A DNA stretch of 64,000 nucleotides from Anaerolineae bacterium (GTDB lineage: Bacteria > Chloroflexota > Anaerolineae > SpSt-600): positions 24,032 through 88,031 of the forward strand of contig JBHOQL010000072.1 of assembly GCA_042408195.1 (NCBI GenBank), given 5' to 3'. Below are positions 42,644 to 52,772 of the stretch, one piece after another. The position numbers and the translations under genes were made by a program. The notes under the pieces were generated by a model that saw nothing but the letters and a program-made list of their open reading frames with translations, made no database searches and was not told where the DNA came from. The number at the start of each line of letters is the position of its first letter. The stretch's first letter is position 1.

Positions 42644-44194
42644 ATGCGGCGGTTGATCATTTGGCTTGTAACTTTTGCTCTAATCCTGTTTTTCTCACAA
42701 CGGACTCTCGCACAAACGCCTGTTCCCCAGATTCCCTCCCCTGCTCCCGGTGAAGGTGTGGTCAGGGGTTATCTGTTCCACAGCCCTGCGTGTCCCCATT
42801 GCCGGCGCATAATTGAGGAATTTTTGCCAAAGGTTCAAGAAAAATACGGAAAATCCCTGGAAATCACCCTCCTCAATGTCCAAGAGCCTGAAAACTACTT
42901 GTTCCTTGTCACCATAGAAGAGCAGGCCAAAATCCCCCAAGAGTACAGAGGTGTTCCATTTATGGTCATCGGCCAACATATACTGATCGGTGAGCTGAAC
43001 ATTGAGCAGGGTATGGAAGAGGTGGTAGATTTTTACCTCAAACAGGGAGGAGTTGATTACTTAATCCCGCCAGAGAAGGTAAAGGAAATCTTTAAAGTGG
43101 TAATGCCGACCCCTCAACCCCAGGCCAAGCCGGTGCACCTTGCGTATTTCTATCTTTCCGGCTGTTACGAGTGTGACCTTGTTACCCAGGCCCTGGAACA
43201 CTTGAAGAAGCGGTATCCTAACCTTCAAGTTCACGCTTTTGACGTGCAGAAGGAGGCTCCCCTCTGGGAGTGGCTTGGGGAAAAGTTCGGTATACCGCCA
43301 GAGAGGAGGCTCACAGCCCCTGCCATTTTTGTAGGAAACGATTACCTTCTGGGAAAGGATGTCACGATTAAGAAGGTTGAAGAGTTAATTGACAAATATT
43401 CTGTTGGAGGAGCAGAGCCTTTCTGGGAAAACTGGAACCGGGAAGATGCAGTGGCCAGGCTGCTGGACCGCTTCCGTTCCTTAGGTCCCCTCACGGTTGT
43501 TACAGCTGGGCTCGTGGATGGGCTTAACCCCTGTGCCTTTGCTACGCTAATTTTCTTGATCTCATATCTTACCATTACTGGGCGCAAAAGGTTCCAGATT
43601 TTAGCGGTGGGCCTGGCTTTTACCCTTGGGGTATATGGGGCTTATCTGGGCATAGGAGCAGGGCTTCTTAAGGGGGTGCAATCCCTACCTTGGCTTCGGG
43701 GACTTTCCAAGGGGATATACGGTCTGACAGCTATCCTCTGCTTTGCCCTGGCCTTGGGCAGCTTCAGGGATTACCTCAAAGCCAGGCGTGGGACCCCGGA
43801 AGAGATGAGCCTCAAATTGCCCACCAGATTGCGCCGGGTAGTAAACAAGCTGATAAGAGAAGGCGTGAAGGCACGTTATCTTGTCCCCATTTCTTTGGCT
43901 TTAGGCCTTGTGATTGCCCTGCTTGAATTCACCTGTACCGGGCAGGTCTATTTGCCCACTTTGCTTTTCGTCATGAGTGTGCCTGAAATGCGAGCCAGAG
44001 CTTTTTCCTACCTCCTCTTTTACAACCTCGCCTTTGTCCTGCCCATGATTGTGGTTTTCACCTCGGCTTTCTTGGGAGCTTCTTCGGAGCAGCTTGGGCT
44101 CTTCTTAAACCGACATGTCGCTCCCATAAAGTTAGCTACAGTCTTCATTTTCCTCCTCCTTGGTGGCTGGCTTGTATACGCCTTACTGGCTTAA
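42644..44194 (+). CDS. Two thioredoxin-like domains fused to a CcdA/DsbD-type membrane domain
   Basis: Signal peptide, CPHC, CYEC, DGLNPCAF, EFTCTGQVY. Confidence 0.85.
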   Translation: MRRLIIWLVTFALILFFSQRTLAQTPVPQIPSPAPGEGVVRGYLFHSPACPHCRRIIEEFLPKVQEKYGKSLEITLLNVQEPENYLFLVTIEEQAKIPQEYRGVPFMVIGQHILIGELNIEQGMEEVVDFYLKQGGVDYLIPPEKVKEIFKVVMPTPQPQAKPVHLAYFYLSGCYECDLVTQALEHLKKRYPNLQVHAFDVQKEAPLWEWLGEKFGIPPERRLTAPAIFVGNDYLLGKDVTIKKVEELIDKYSVGGAEPFWENWNREDAVARLLDRFRSLGPLTVVTAGLVDGLNPCAFATLIFLISYLTITGRKRFQILAVGLAFTLGVYGAYLGIGAGLLKGVQSLPWLRGLSKGIYGLTAILCFALALGSFRDYLKARRGTPEEMSLKLPTRLRRVVNKLIREGVKARYLVPISLALGLVIALLEFTCTGQVYLPTLLFVMSVPEMRARAFSYLLFYNLAFVLPMIVVFTSAFLGASSEQLGLFLNRHVAPIKLATVFIFLLLGGWLVYALLA

Positions 44195-44206
44195 AGGGAA
44201 AAAGCC

Positions 44207-45082
44207 ATGATGAGGATCGGCGAGAGAGTTTTTGTCGAAACAGGTTTCCGTGAAAACAACGTCGGCCTGATAAAGCTCAAGGAGGGGGCAATTTTGGTAG
44301 ATATGCCCCCTTCTCCCGAAGAGGTTGAAATTTGGTTCCAGGCACTGGAAGAGCTTAGCCCTGGCCCCTTCCTCTACCTCGTCGTTACCGATTGTCATCC
44401 ATTTCGCTTGTTAGGCCTAACAAAGGCCCAAATTCCCAGGGTGGCTCATTACAACTTGCGGGAAGAATTGTTAGGCGCACGGTCCTACTTCAAGCTTATT
44501 TTCAGGGAGTGCTACCAGAAGTATTACGATGGGGAGCCCCCTGAAAGCTTTGATATTTTCCTCCCCACTTTAGCCTTCAAGGGAATTGCCACCTTTCACC
44601 GTGGCAAAGATACAGTCAAACTCATTTCGTCAGAGGGACCAACTCCCGCCAGCATTGCTGTTTACCTGCCCCAGGATAGAATCCTCTTTGCCGGAGCCCT
44701 CGTGGTCCGGGGAGCTCACCCCGATTTGAGGCTGGCTCTCTCAGCCAAGTGGATAAAGAACCTGAAACGCTTGAAATCTCTGCCGATAGAAGTGGTGATT
44801 CCGGTGCGTGGGGAACCCTGCGGCCCTGAAATCTTTGATGAGATGATCGATTACTTGACCCGGGTCAGGAAAGCAGTGGAAGAATTCTACCAGGCCGGAA
44901 AGGGACGCCCTGACGTATCCAGGCTCGTGAGCAATTTGCTGCCCCTATTACCTTATCCCCCTGACCAGGAAGAAGAAGTGCGCAATCTCCTCAGAGCAGG
45001 CCTCGCCCGGCTTTACGATGAAATCAAGGCTGGGGAACTGAAAGCTTCCCCTTCCACGCTTTATTCCAAGGGGATTGAATGA
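44207..45082 (+). CDS. Metallo-beta-lactamase-fold protein with degenerate metal site
   Basis: NVGLI..GAILVD scaffold, but TDCHPFR, GPTP, FAGAL and PVRG replace the canonical motifs. Confidence 0.75.
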   Translation: MMRIGERVFVETGFRENNVGLIKLKEGAILVDMPPSPEEVEIWFQALEELSPGPFLYLVVTDCHPFRLLGLTKAQIPRVAHYNLREELLGARSYFKLIFRECYQKYYDGEPPESFDIFLPTLAFKGIATFHRGKDTVKLISSEGPTPASIAVYLPQDRILFAGALVVRGAHPDLRLALSAKWIKNLKRLKSLPIEVVIPVRGEPCGPEIFDEMIDYLTRVRKAVEEFYQAGKGRPDVSRLVSNLLPLLPYPPDQEEEVRNLLRAGLARLYDEIKAGELKASPSTLYSKGIE

Positions 45083-46214
45083 AATCTTTAAACCACCGGC
45101 CAAAAGCTTTAGCCCCTATGTAAAACCAGCGGGGCTGGCTTAGGATGAGGGGGAGCAAAGCTTTCACGAACTCGTCCCTCGGGTGCGTGGCTAAGATCTG
45201 CAGGCTGCGGCGGTTGAGCAGCCGGAGCAGTTGGTCGTAATCCCTATCGGAAAAGGTATCCAGAAGACGGCGGAGCCAGGCGTGTAGGGTGAGCTCGCTC
45301 TTCAAATGGCGCCATTCTTTCCCCAGTATTATCCTTCCGGCAGGGGTTAAACGAAGGGCAGAAGCAGCTCTCAGTCCAGCCACTACCCCACCGACGGTGG
45401 TATTTTTCATGTGACCCGCGGCATCTCCTACCAGGATCGCTTTGTGCTGGCTGCACTGGGCAACCCTTTCAATCCCTGGCAGGTAGAGGTGTACAAAGGC
45501 AGCCTGAAAGCTATTAGGTTCCCAAGAATGGGAGGAAAGGAAATCGTCCAAAACTTTGCGTGCCCTTTCCATTTCATCAGCAATGAGGCCCACGGCTCCC
45601 TCATAAGGGGATTCGGGAATGAGCCAGAGGAAAAATCGCGTGCTACTTCGGTCAAACCATACCTGCACTTTCTCCGCTGGAATCGGCCTGGAGAAATGGA
45701 CTTTAGCTTGAACGACTGCGACAGTGGGGAGTGGCTTGCATCCCAAGCGTTGAGCCACGAGGCTCTCTACTCCATCGGCTCCTATGAGGGCGAAGGAAAG
45801 TACTTTTTCTTCCCGGTGCTTGGTCTTGAAGTTCAAGAGAAAACCCTCATCTTCTTTCACCACGTCCTCAAGGCGGTAACCGAAGTGAAAGTTAACCCCC
45901 ACTTCCACCGCTTTGCGCATGAGGAGGTCAAAGAGCCTCCTGCGCTCAACTACAAGGTCTGGCTCTTTCAGGGTGATGGTGGCAGATGAACTGGCTGATA
46001 TCAGTTCAAACACTCGGACCCGATTGACGATCACCTCATCGGCGGGGAAATCCAGGACTTTGAGGAAGTAAGGGGTAAGTATGAGGGTACGAGGGGCAGG
46101 ATCTATAAAAGGCTCTGCCTCATAAAGGTGGGTTTCTGCCCCCATTCGGGCAAGCCGATAGGCGGCGTAAAGACCTGCAGTGGAAGCACCAACAACATGA
46201 ACTACTCCAACCAC
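45024..46214 (-). CDS. Geranylgeranyl-reductase-family FAD oxidoreductase (start uncertain, 46214 or 46241)
   Basis: VVGASTAG, IGADGVES, WLIP, VGDAAG. Confidence 0.8.
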   Translation of the reverse strand: MVGVVHVVGASTAGLYAAYRLARMGAETHLYEAEPFIDPAPRTLILTPYFLKVLDFPADEVIVNRVRVFELISASSSATITLKEPDLVVERRRLFDLLMRKAVEVGVNFHFGYRLEDVVKEDEGFLLNFKTKHREEKVLSFALIGADGVESLVAQRLGCKPLPTVAVVQAKVHFSRPIPAEKVQVWFDRSSTRFFLWLIPESPYEGAVGLIADEMERARKVLDDFLSSHSWEPNSFQAAFVHLYLPGIERVAQCSQHKAILVGDAAGHMKNTTVGGVVAGLRAASALRLTPAGRIILGKEWRHLKSELTLHAWLRRLLDTFSDRDYDQLLRLLNRRSLQILATHPRDEFVKALLPLILSQPRWFYIGAKAFGRWFKDFIQSPWNKAWKGKLSVPQP

Positions 46215-46267
46215 GAATTTCTCCGCGCACCCTTGGATCAATTGAAGTGGCTTGTGCTATAGCCGCT

Positions 46268-46684
46268 TCAGGGGATCACAAACATGGTACCGGTACCTTC
46301 GGCCACAATGTTGCCACTGCTGTCCCTGGCTTCAGCCTTGATGATCAGGAACCGTCCACCGTCACGAGCTATCTTGCCCTCTATTAGAAGGGATTCCCCT
46401 ATTCTGGCTGGCTTGCGGAAGCGGATCTCCAGTTTGCCGGTTACAGTCTTCTTCCCGTTGAAGAGGGCAACCCAGCCCATAGCTTCGTCAAGAATTGTGC
46501 TTAAAATTCCTCCGTGCACAATTCCTGGCCAGCCCTGATATTCGGGTCCAGGTGTGAATTTGCAGCGAGCGATCCCACCTTCGTTTCTGAATTGGAGTTT
46601 AAGACCTATAGGATTACCCTTCCCACACCCGAAGCATTTATCGTAATCGAGGGGAATTTCAAAATGCAAGTTCTCAGCACCCAT
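46268..46684 (-). CDS. PaaI family thioesterase
   Basis: CFGCG..NPIGL, HGGILSTILDE. Confidence 0.92.
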   Translation of the reverse strand: MGAENLHFEIPLDYDKCFGCGKGNPIGLKLQFRNEGGIARCKFTPGPEYQGWPGIVHGGILSTILDEAMGWVALFNGKKTVTGKLEIRFRKPARIGESLLIEGKIARDGGRFLIIKAEARDSSGNIVAEGTGTMFVIP

Positions 46685-46786
46685 CGCTTTTCCTCATGTT
46701 TTTCAAAATTTTAACAGAAATTTCCCGAGAACACAAGCGAAGGGCAAAACTTTTGCTGCGGGTAGAGTGGGAGGTGGAAACTTTTC

Positions 46787-47431
46787 CTAATTTCGGCGAG
46801 GCCTGCTCCAGCCGTAGTTGTTGTCAAACAGGACCCTATAAGCTATCAATTTTTTCTTGTTGGATGAGGTCTTTATTTCTTCCAGAACACCTATGCCTGT
46901 CAACCGTCGTACAACCATGAAAACGAACATTAGAGTCGAGGCGACTGTGTGCGGGAAAGGATAACCTTGGAACCAGGTGAAGAAGGGTAGGGCCAAAATT
47001 CCAGCAGCCACCCCGAGCCCCAAAGCCCTGGTGAAGAAGCCGAGGGCGTAAAAAATAAGGGATAAAAGCATAGCCTTGGGTACAAGGACGAGCATTGCTC
47101 CCAGGGCTGGTCCCATCCCTCTCCCCCCTTGAAAGCCAAGGTAAACGGGCCAATCATGCCCGGCCACCACTGCCACAGCGCTTGCTGCCTGAACAATGGG
47201 GGAAAAGCCCAATTTCTGCGATAACCACACCGCTACTGCCCCTTTTCCGATATCCAGTATAGCTGCAAGTGTTCCCTCCATTTTGCCTACGGAATGCCAG
47301 AGATTGCTCCCTCCAATGTTTCTGGTCCCCACCTGACGGAGGTCAACCCCCCGGAGTTTCCCTATGATGAAAGCGAAAGGAATTGATCCAAGGAGGTAAG
47401 AAAAAACCACCCAAAGAGTGCCCCAGAACAT
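46787..47431 (-). CDS. plsY: PlsY-family glycerol-3-phosphate acyltransferase
   Basis: YLLGSIP, GTRNIGGSN, DIGKG, GHDWP..GGRG. Confidence 0.85.
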   Translation of the reverse strand: MFWGTLWVVFSYLLGSIPFAFIIGKLRGVDLRQVGTRNIGGSNLWHSVGKMEGTLAAILDIGKGAVAVWLSQKLGFSPIVQAASAVAVVAGHDWPVYLGFQGGRGMGPALGAMLVLVPKAMLLSLIFYALGFFTRALGLGVAAGILALPFFTWFQGYPFPHTVASTLMFVFMVVRRLTGIGVLEEIKTSSNKKKLIAYRVLFDNNYGWSRPRRN

Positions 47432-47454
47432 CCTCTTACCCCCTCCTCAACAAG

Positions 47455-48300
47455 TTATTCTTCGCACCAGAAAGCTATTCCTACAAGGCCGGGGCCGGTA
47501 TGTGCTCCCATGACGGGAGTAAACTCTGTTACGAAAAGCTCGGCGCAGTCAAAGCGTTTCGCTATTTCTTCCTTCAAGTAAAGGGCATCTTCAAGGGAAT
47601 CCCCATGCATGACAGCGATGTGGGCCCTGCGGTTGCCGATCTTCTGTTCAGCTACCCTGAGGAGTTCCTGCAAGGCCCTGGTGCGGGTTCTGGGCTTTGA
47701 CCAGACATCCGCTACTCCGTCCCTGAGGTAAAGCACAGGACAAAGCTGAAAGGCAGAGCCCAGCAGGGCCGAAGCTAGCCCAATCCTTCCCCCAAAATAA
47801 AGGTATTTGAGGGTGCTCAAGAAAGCGAAGACATGGGTCTTAAGCCCAATTTCCTCAACCCGCTTCGCGATGCTCTCGGGGTCAACTCCCTGACGAGCAA
47901 GCCTTGCCGCCTCCAGAACAACGAGACCCTGTCCGGCAGCGGCTGTATGAGCGTTTACAACGTAAACCCTTGTCCCTTCTACCATCTGAGCAGCCATGCG
48001 AGCGGCCTCGTAAGTAGCGCTTAAGCTTGGGGGGAGGTGGATGGATATTATCGCCTCGGCCTCCGGGGCCAAGGAAAGGTAAGTCCTTAGGAAATCCCCT
48101 ACAGAAGGCGCCGATGTTTTAGGCAAAGTGGTGCTTTCCCTCAGTTTCCTATAGAGCTCTCCTGAAGAAATATCAACCCCGTCCTTGTAGGTCACACCGT
48201 TCCAGTTAAGGTAAATGGGCACCACTTTTATATCGTACTCCTCTACAAGCTCTTTCGGCAGGTTCGCGGAAGAATCCGTGACGATCATAATCTTTCCCAT
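47455..48300 (-). CDS. DegV family fatty-acid-binding protein
   Basis: VTDSS, PKTSAPS, LSATY, GGRIG, HTGPG. Confidence 0.93.
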   Translation of the reverse strand: MGKIMIVTDSSANLPKELVEEYDIKVVPIYLNWNGVTYKDGVDISSGELYRKLRESTTLPKTSAPSVGDFLRTYLSLAPEAEAIISIHLPPSLSATYEAARMAAQMVEGTRVYVVNAHTAAAGQGLVVLEAARLARQGVDPESIAKRVEEIGLKTHVFAFLSTLKYLYFGGRIGLASALLGSAFQLCPVLYLRDGVADVWSKPRTRTRALQELLRVAEQKIGNRRAHIAVMHGDSLEDALYLKEEIAKRFDCAELFVTEFTPVMGAHTGPGLVGIAFWCEE

Positions 48301-48348
48301 CGTGCCTCCCAAAAGGCCAAAATTTGTTAGCGCAAAAAAACCATCCCT

Positions 48349-49038
48349 TTAACTCGGGGATGGGCTCATGAGAGCCACGTCCCTGACAAATGTAAGAAGC
48401 TTTTCCCTGTCTTCTTCTTCCAATTTCTTCACCTCATCCACATACCTAGCAAGGTGACCATTGAATGCCTTGCCAAGCTCTTTCTTCCCTTCCTTCCATA
48501 TATACCCCACAACGAGCCCTGCCACTAGCACAAGAGCAGCCTCATTGGCGCTTAAGGAAGTCAGGACCTCCCTGACTACCATCAGTGTCTGGGCAGCTTT
48601 CCGGATGGTCCACAAAGCAAGGATAAGAGCTAACAGCAGCTTGGCGCAGAATATCAGCGGGTTGGAGATCTTCGGCAATTCTCCCAGGGTTTCTTTGATT
48701 ATAACCTTAGCCCCCTTTCGGTCAGCTTCTTTCAGGCGTTCCAACAGTTCTAACCGGATATGTTCCCAATCTTTCCTATTGCAAGTGTTGAGAGAGCTAA
48801 AAGCCAAGGGAGTAGGTCTGAATTTAACCTTTGAACGCCCAGGTGTTTCCTCTTTCCTGTCCACTTGATGGACCACTTCCACGTATCCACTTTCTGCGAG
48901 GAGGGTTAGTATATCGTAAGCAGTCCAAGGGCTTACCCCTATTGACTCAGCTACCTCACTATAGTGGACAGGTTGCCCTGTCCTCTGATACAATTCAACC
49001 AAAATCCTGAGGAATTCCTGCCGCCTCTTTGTGAGCAT
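48349..49038 (-). CDS. Winged-helix transcriptional regulator with HrcA-like N-terminus
   Basis: LTKRRQEFL..LY..PVHYSEVAESIGVSPWTAYDIL..L..GY, PGRS. Confidence 0.75.
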   Translation of the reverse strand: MLTKRRQEFLRILVELYQRTGQPVHYSEVAESIGVSPWTAYDILTLLAESGYVEVVHQVDRKEETPGRSKVKFRPTPLAFSSLNTCNRKDWEHIRLELLERLKEADRKGAKVIIKETLGELPKISNPLIFCAKLLLALILALWTIRKAAQTLMVVREVLTSLSANEAALVLVAGLVVGYIWKEGKKELGKAFNGHLARYVDEVKKLEEEDREKLLTFVRDVALMSPSPS

Positions 49039-49132
49039 CTTGTCCCTCCATGCTTTCCTTCCAGAGGAAATTATAACTCTAAAGCCGTAAAAGAAGCAAG
49101 GTTTTCCGCGCTTAAAGCGCGTATTGCGCCTC

Positions 49133-49161
49133 TTGGCCTTATTCGGTCCCAGTGCTATAAT
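49133..49161 (+). promoter_or_regulatory. sigma70-type promoter of the GT39 gene
   Basis: TTGGCC, 17 bp, TATAAT with TG extension. Confidence 0.6.
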
Positions 49162-49190
49162 TGGACAAAATTCTTTTGCCCGGAGTAAAG

Positions 49191-51467
49191 ATGGGGTTAA
49201 ACCGCAGTAATAGACTCCTTTTAGCTCAGTTTTTATTCCTTTGCTTGGCTTTTTTACTGCGATTGCACAGGCTCGGGGTGCAGAGCCTTTGGGCTGATGA
49301 AGGCAACAGCGCCGCTATGGTTCTTAGGGATTTTTCGTCCATAGCCCTCCACGCCGCTGCGGATATCCATCCCCCCCTCTATTACTGGCTCCTCAAGCTC
49401 TGGACTATTCCCTTGGGCCTTTCGGAGTGGGCTCTTAGGGCTCTTTCGGCTTTTCTGAGCACTCTTTTGGTGGCTTTAATTTACTCTCTGGGGAAGGAAC
49501 TCTGGGACGAGAAAATTGCGCTGGCGGGTATGGCTCTGGCCACATTCCATCCCTTCCAAGTTCATTACGCCCAGGAAGCCAGGATGTATATGCTTGTGGC
49601 TTTCCTGGGAACTCTGTCTTTCTGGAGCGCGTTGCGGTGGTGGAGGAGGGAACTTCCATCGTCAGGCGCTCTTTTCGTATTGGCTACAGCTCTTGGCCTA
49701 TACGCTCATTATTCTTTCCCTGTCCTTCTGGCGGCAGAGAACCTGGCCTTCTTCCTATTCCTGACGACTAATCATTTCAGGAGGAGGATTGGGGTCAGAG
49801 GTTATGTAGCCCGATGGCTCCTGCTGCAAGCTTTGGCTTTAGCCATATATTCCCCGTGGATTCCGATAGCTCTAAACAGGCTGACTTCGTGGCCGGCGAT
49901 AGCGGAGTACGGGGCCTCCACTGCTCTCTTAGAAGCTTTCAGGGCTATAGCTTTCGGTCCCGCTTCTAAACTGCCGGTGGTTGCGGCTTTCGCTCTAATC
50001 CTGCTCGCTATTGCTGGCTCTGCGCTGCACTGGAGGAAGAATTGGCGGGCTGTAGTTACCCTCTGGGCTTGGCTCTTTGCCCCCATCCTCATGATGCTAC
50101 TTCTTGGACTGTTCCGAGGTGCTTACCTGAAGTTCCTGCTGGTATCAGCTGCGCCCTTCTGTTTGCTGTTGGCTCTGAGCTTCGGCGAGCGGAGAGGCCC
50201 GTGGCGCCTTGTGGGCACTTTTGCACTTGCAGGAGCTCTCCTTCTTTTCTCCGCATCTCTGAAGGATTTTTACTTCCGTTTCACCAAAGACGATTACCGA
50301 GGCATAGCTCGCTACATAGAGGCGGTGGAGAAGCCGGGTGATGCCATAATCTTGAACGCTCCCGGACAGATGGATGTCTTCAGTTACTACTACAGGGGCA
50401 AATTGCCCGTGTGGGCTCTCCCTCGCGAAAGGCCTCCTGAGCGCAGGAAGCTCGAGGAAGAGCTCGCTATTATAACTGCTCATCCGGGTAGGATTTTTGC
50501 TATCTTCTGGGGAGATAAAGAAGCTGACCCCGAGGGAATCGTGGAGGAATGGCTTGAGGCTCACTCTTTCAAGGCAGGGGAAAGCTGGTGGGGAGATGTC
50601 CGCTTTGCCATCTATGTAATCCCTGAGACTCAGATTACTGGGCAGGGTGGTACGACAGAGGTGAAGGCTTTCGGTTCCCCAACTCTCTTCCGCCTTACCG
50701 GTTGCATTGTGGGGGCAGAGGAGGTGGAAAGCGGTGGCGTGCTCCCTGTTATTCTCACCTGGCAGGCGGAAAGGCCCACTTCAAGACGTTACAAAGTAAC
50801 CCTGCAGCTCCTCAATTCAAGCGGGCTGGTGGCCTCTCAGTACGATGCCGAACCAGAGGGTGGACGCCGCCCCACTTCCACCTGGGAGCCGGGAGATATA
50901 ATCATTGACAATATCGGTCTAATGGTAAAACCGGGGACACCCCCAGGCCAGTATGCCCTCATACTGGCCGTTTACGACGCTGAAACGGGAGAACGATTAC
51001 CGGTATCGGGTCAGGATCATCTGAACCTGGGGAACATCAAAATCCTGAGACCATCCCAGCCACCACCTGTGGAAGCGCTGGGGATAACCAGCCCCCGAAA
51101 TGCCCGCTTTGGGCCCTTTGAATTGCTCGGGTTTGACCTTTTCAAGCTCGGATTTGAGCACTTGCCTGATGCTCCCATCGGTCCCGGGGACATGATCATG
51201 GTGAATCTTTACTGGCGGGCTCTCCTGAAGCCCCGAGAAGATTGGACTGTGGAATTGAGCTTGGTGGGGGGAAGCCGGTTAGCATCCGTGGAAGCGCCTC
51301 TTGCCGGGATCGATTACCCGACTTCGCAGTGGGAAGAGAAAGAAATAGTTAGAGGCCAATTTTTGCTCCAAGTCCCGCCCTCTGTTCCCCCGGGGCAATA
51401 TCGCCTTTTCCTCAGAGTGAAGGATTTACCATCTTTGGAACTGGCGGTTGTACGCGTCAGGGGTTAA
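49191..51467 (+). CDS. Glycosyltransferase family 39 / PMT-like membrane protein with C-terminal extracellular repeat domains
   Basis: SLWADE, DIHPPLYY, AQEARMY, multiple TMs; two L-x-W..PTSxW..PPGQY-x-L domains. Confidence 0.88.
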   Translation: MGLNRSNRLLLAQFLFLCLAFLLRLHRLGVQSLWADEGNSAAMVLRDFSSIALHAAADIHPPLYYWLLKLWTIPLGLSEWALRALSAFLSTLLVALIYSLGKELWDEKIALAGMALATFHPFQVHYAQEARMYMLVAFLGTLSFWSALRWWRRELPSSGALFVLATALGLYAHYSFPVLLAAENLAFFLFLTTNHFRRRIGVRGYVARWLLLQALALAIYSPWIPIALNRLTSWPAIAEYGASTALLEAFRAIAFGPASKLPVVAAFALILLAIAGSALHWRKNWRAVVTLWAWLFAPILMMLLLGLFRGAYLKFLLVSAAPFCLLLALSFGERRGPWRLVGTFALAGALLLFSASLKDFYFRFTKDDYRGIARYIEAVEKPGDAIILNAPGQMDVFSYYYRGKLPVWALPRERPPERRKLEEELAIITAHPGRIFAIFWGDKEADPEGIVEEWLEAHSFKAGESWWGDVRFAIYVIPETQITGQGGTTEVKAFGSPTLFRLTGCIVGAEEVESGGVLPVILTWQAERPTSRRYKVTLQLLNSSGLVASQYDAEPEGGRRPTSTWEPGDIIIDNIGLMVKPGTPPGQYALILAVYDAETGERLPVSGQDHLNLGNIKILRPSQPPPVEALGITSPRNARFGPFELLGFDLFKLGFEHLPDAPIGPGDMIMVNLYWRALLKPREDWTVELSLVGGSRLASVEAPLAGIDYPTSQWEEKEIVRGQFLLQVPPSVPPGQYRLFLRVKDLPSLELAVVRVRG

Positions 51468-51786
51468 GGGGTATGAGGAGTTCTTGCCCCGCTCGGATGG
51501 AAGCCGGATCCGTAAGACCGTTAGCCTTCAAAATTTTTTCCTCAGGAACTCCGTACCTGGAAGCAATGGTGCTCAGATTCTCTCCTTCTGCCACCCGATG
51601 CAGGACAATGGGCAGAGGAGTAGGGGTGACTACCTGCAGGGCACCTGGGGTAAAAGTAGGTTTGGGAGTCCTTGTGGGAGTAGGTGTGGGCTTATTACCT
51701 GAGGTAACCACATCGTACAAGAGGGCGAAGACCAGGTAATTCAAGAGCAAAAGCACCAGTAGAATGCTCCAGCGAGAGGTCTTCAT
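51457..51786 (-). CDS. Membrane-anchored LysM domain protein
   Basis: N-terminal TM, PT-rich linker, HRVAEGENLSTIASRYGV..ANGL..IRAGQELLIP; AGGAG RBS 8 nt before ATG 51786. Confidence 0.92.
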   Translation of the reverse strand: MKTSRWSILLVLLLLNYLVFALLYDVVTSGNKPTPTPTRTPKPTFTPGALQVVTPTPLPIVLHRVAEGENLSTIASRYGVPEEKILKANGLTDPASIRAGQELLIPLNP

Positions 51787-51790
51787 CGCC

Positions 51791-52762
51791 ATGACTCCTA
51801 AGGTATCAGTTATCGTAACAGTAAAGAACGAAGAGAAAACAATTGATAATTTGCTGGCTTCTCTCTTTCACCAAACGCGTCCACCTGATGAAATTGTAAT
51901 CGTGGACGGCGGCTCCACTGACCGGACCGTAGAACTGATAAAGGCCTGGACTGATAAGCTCCCTATAAAGTTGCTGATCAAACCCGGACTGAACATCTCC
52001 CAGGGACGGAACCTGGCTATAAGGGAAGCCTCAGGGGAAATAATAGCTTCTACCGATGCCGGAGTCAAGTTATCCCCTAACTGGCTCGAGTCCCTGCTTC
52101 GCCCCTTTGAGAGTGGAGCGAAAGTAGTCAGTGGCTTTTTCCTTCCGGATGTGGAGGGAGCTTTCGAGACAGCCATGGGCGCTACGGTGCTTCCCGCTCC
52201 GGAGGATATCAACCCTTCGAAATTCTTGCCCTCCAGCCGATCTGTGGCCTTTTTAAGGGAAGCTTGGGAGAGGGTCGGGGGCTACCCGGAATGGCTCGAT
52301 TATTGCGAGGACCTCATCTTTGACTTCAAGCTCCGCAAGCTTTATGGTCCCTTCCCTTTTGTCCCTGAAGCCATTGCTTACTTTAAGCCTAGGACTAACC
52401 TCCGTGATTTCTTCATCCAATATTACCGGTACGCCCGCGGCGATGGCAAAGCTGACCTTTGGCGCATAAGACATCTTGTGAGGTATAGTACCTACCTCTT
52501 GCTCGTCCCAGCCCTGTTTATATCGGGCTTGAAATTGAACCCTTTGTGTTGGCTTGGCTTTGTTGTCGGTGGTTTTCTTTACCTTCGGAGCCCTTACCGC
52601 CGTCTTTTCCGAATGATGAAAGGCCTTTCCCTACGGGAAAAAATCCAGGCTTTTCTCTTCGTCCCTATAATAAGGGTTACGGGCGACATCGCTAAGATGG
52701 TGGGCTATCCTGTAGGACTGGTCTGGCGCCTCAGGCATCGGCCTCCCATTGATTGGAGATAA
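51791..52762 (+). CDS. Glycosyltransferase family 2
   Basis: VSVIVTVKNEE, VDGGSTD, GRN, TDAG, CED. Confidence 0.92.
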   Translation: MTPKVSVIVTVKNEEKTIDNLLASLFHQTRPPDEIVIVDGGSTDRTVELIKAWTDKLPIKLLIKPGLNISQGRNLAIREASGEIIASTDAGVKLSPNWLESLLRPFESGAKVVSGFFLPDVEGAFETAMGATVLPAPEDINPSKFLPSSRSVAFLREAWERVGGYPEWLDYCEDLIFDFKLRKLYGPFPFVPEAIAYFKPRTNLRDFFIQYYRYARGDGKADLWRIRHLVRYSTYLLLVPALFISGLKLNPLCWLGFVVGGFLYLRSPYRRLFRMMKGLSLREKIQAFLFVPIIRVTGDIAKMVGYPVGLVWRLRHRPPIDWR

Positions 52763-52772
52763 CGGGAACGCT

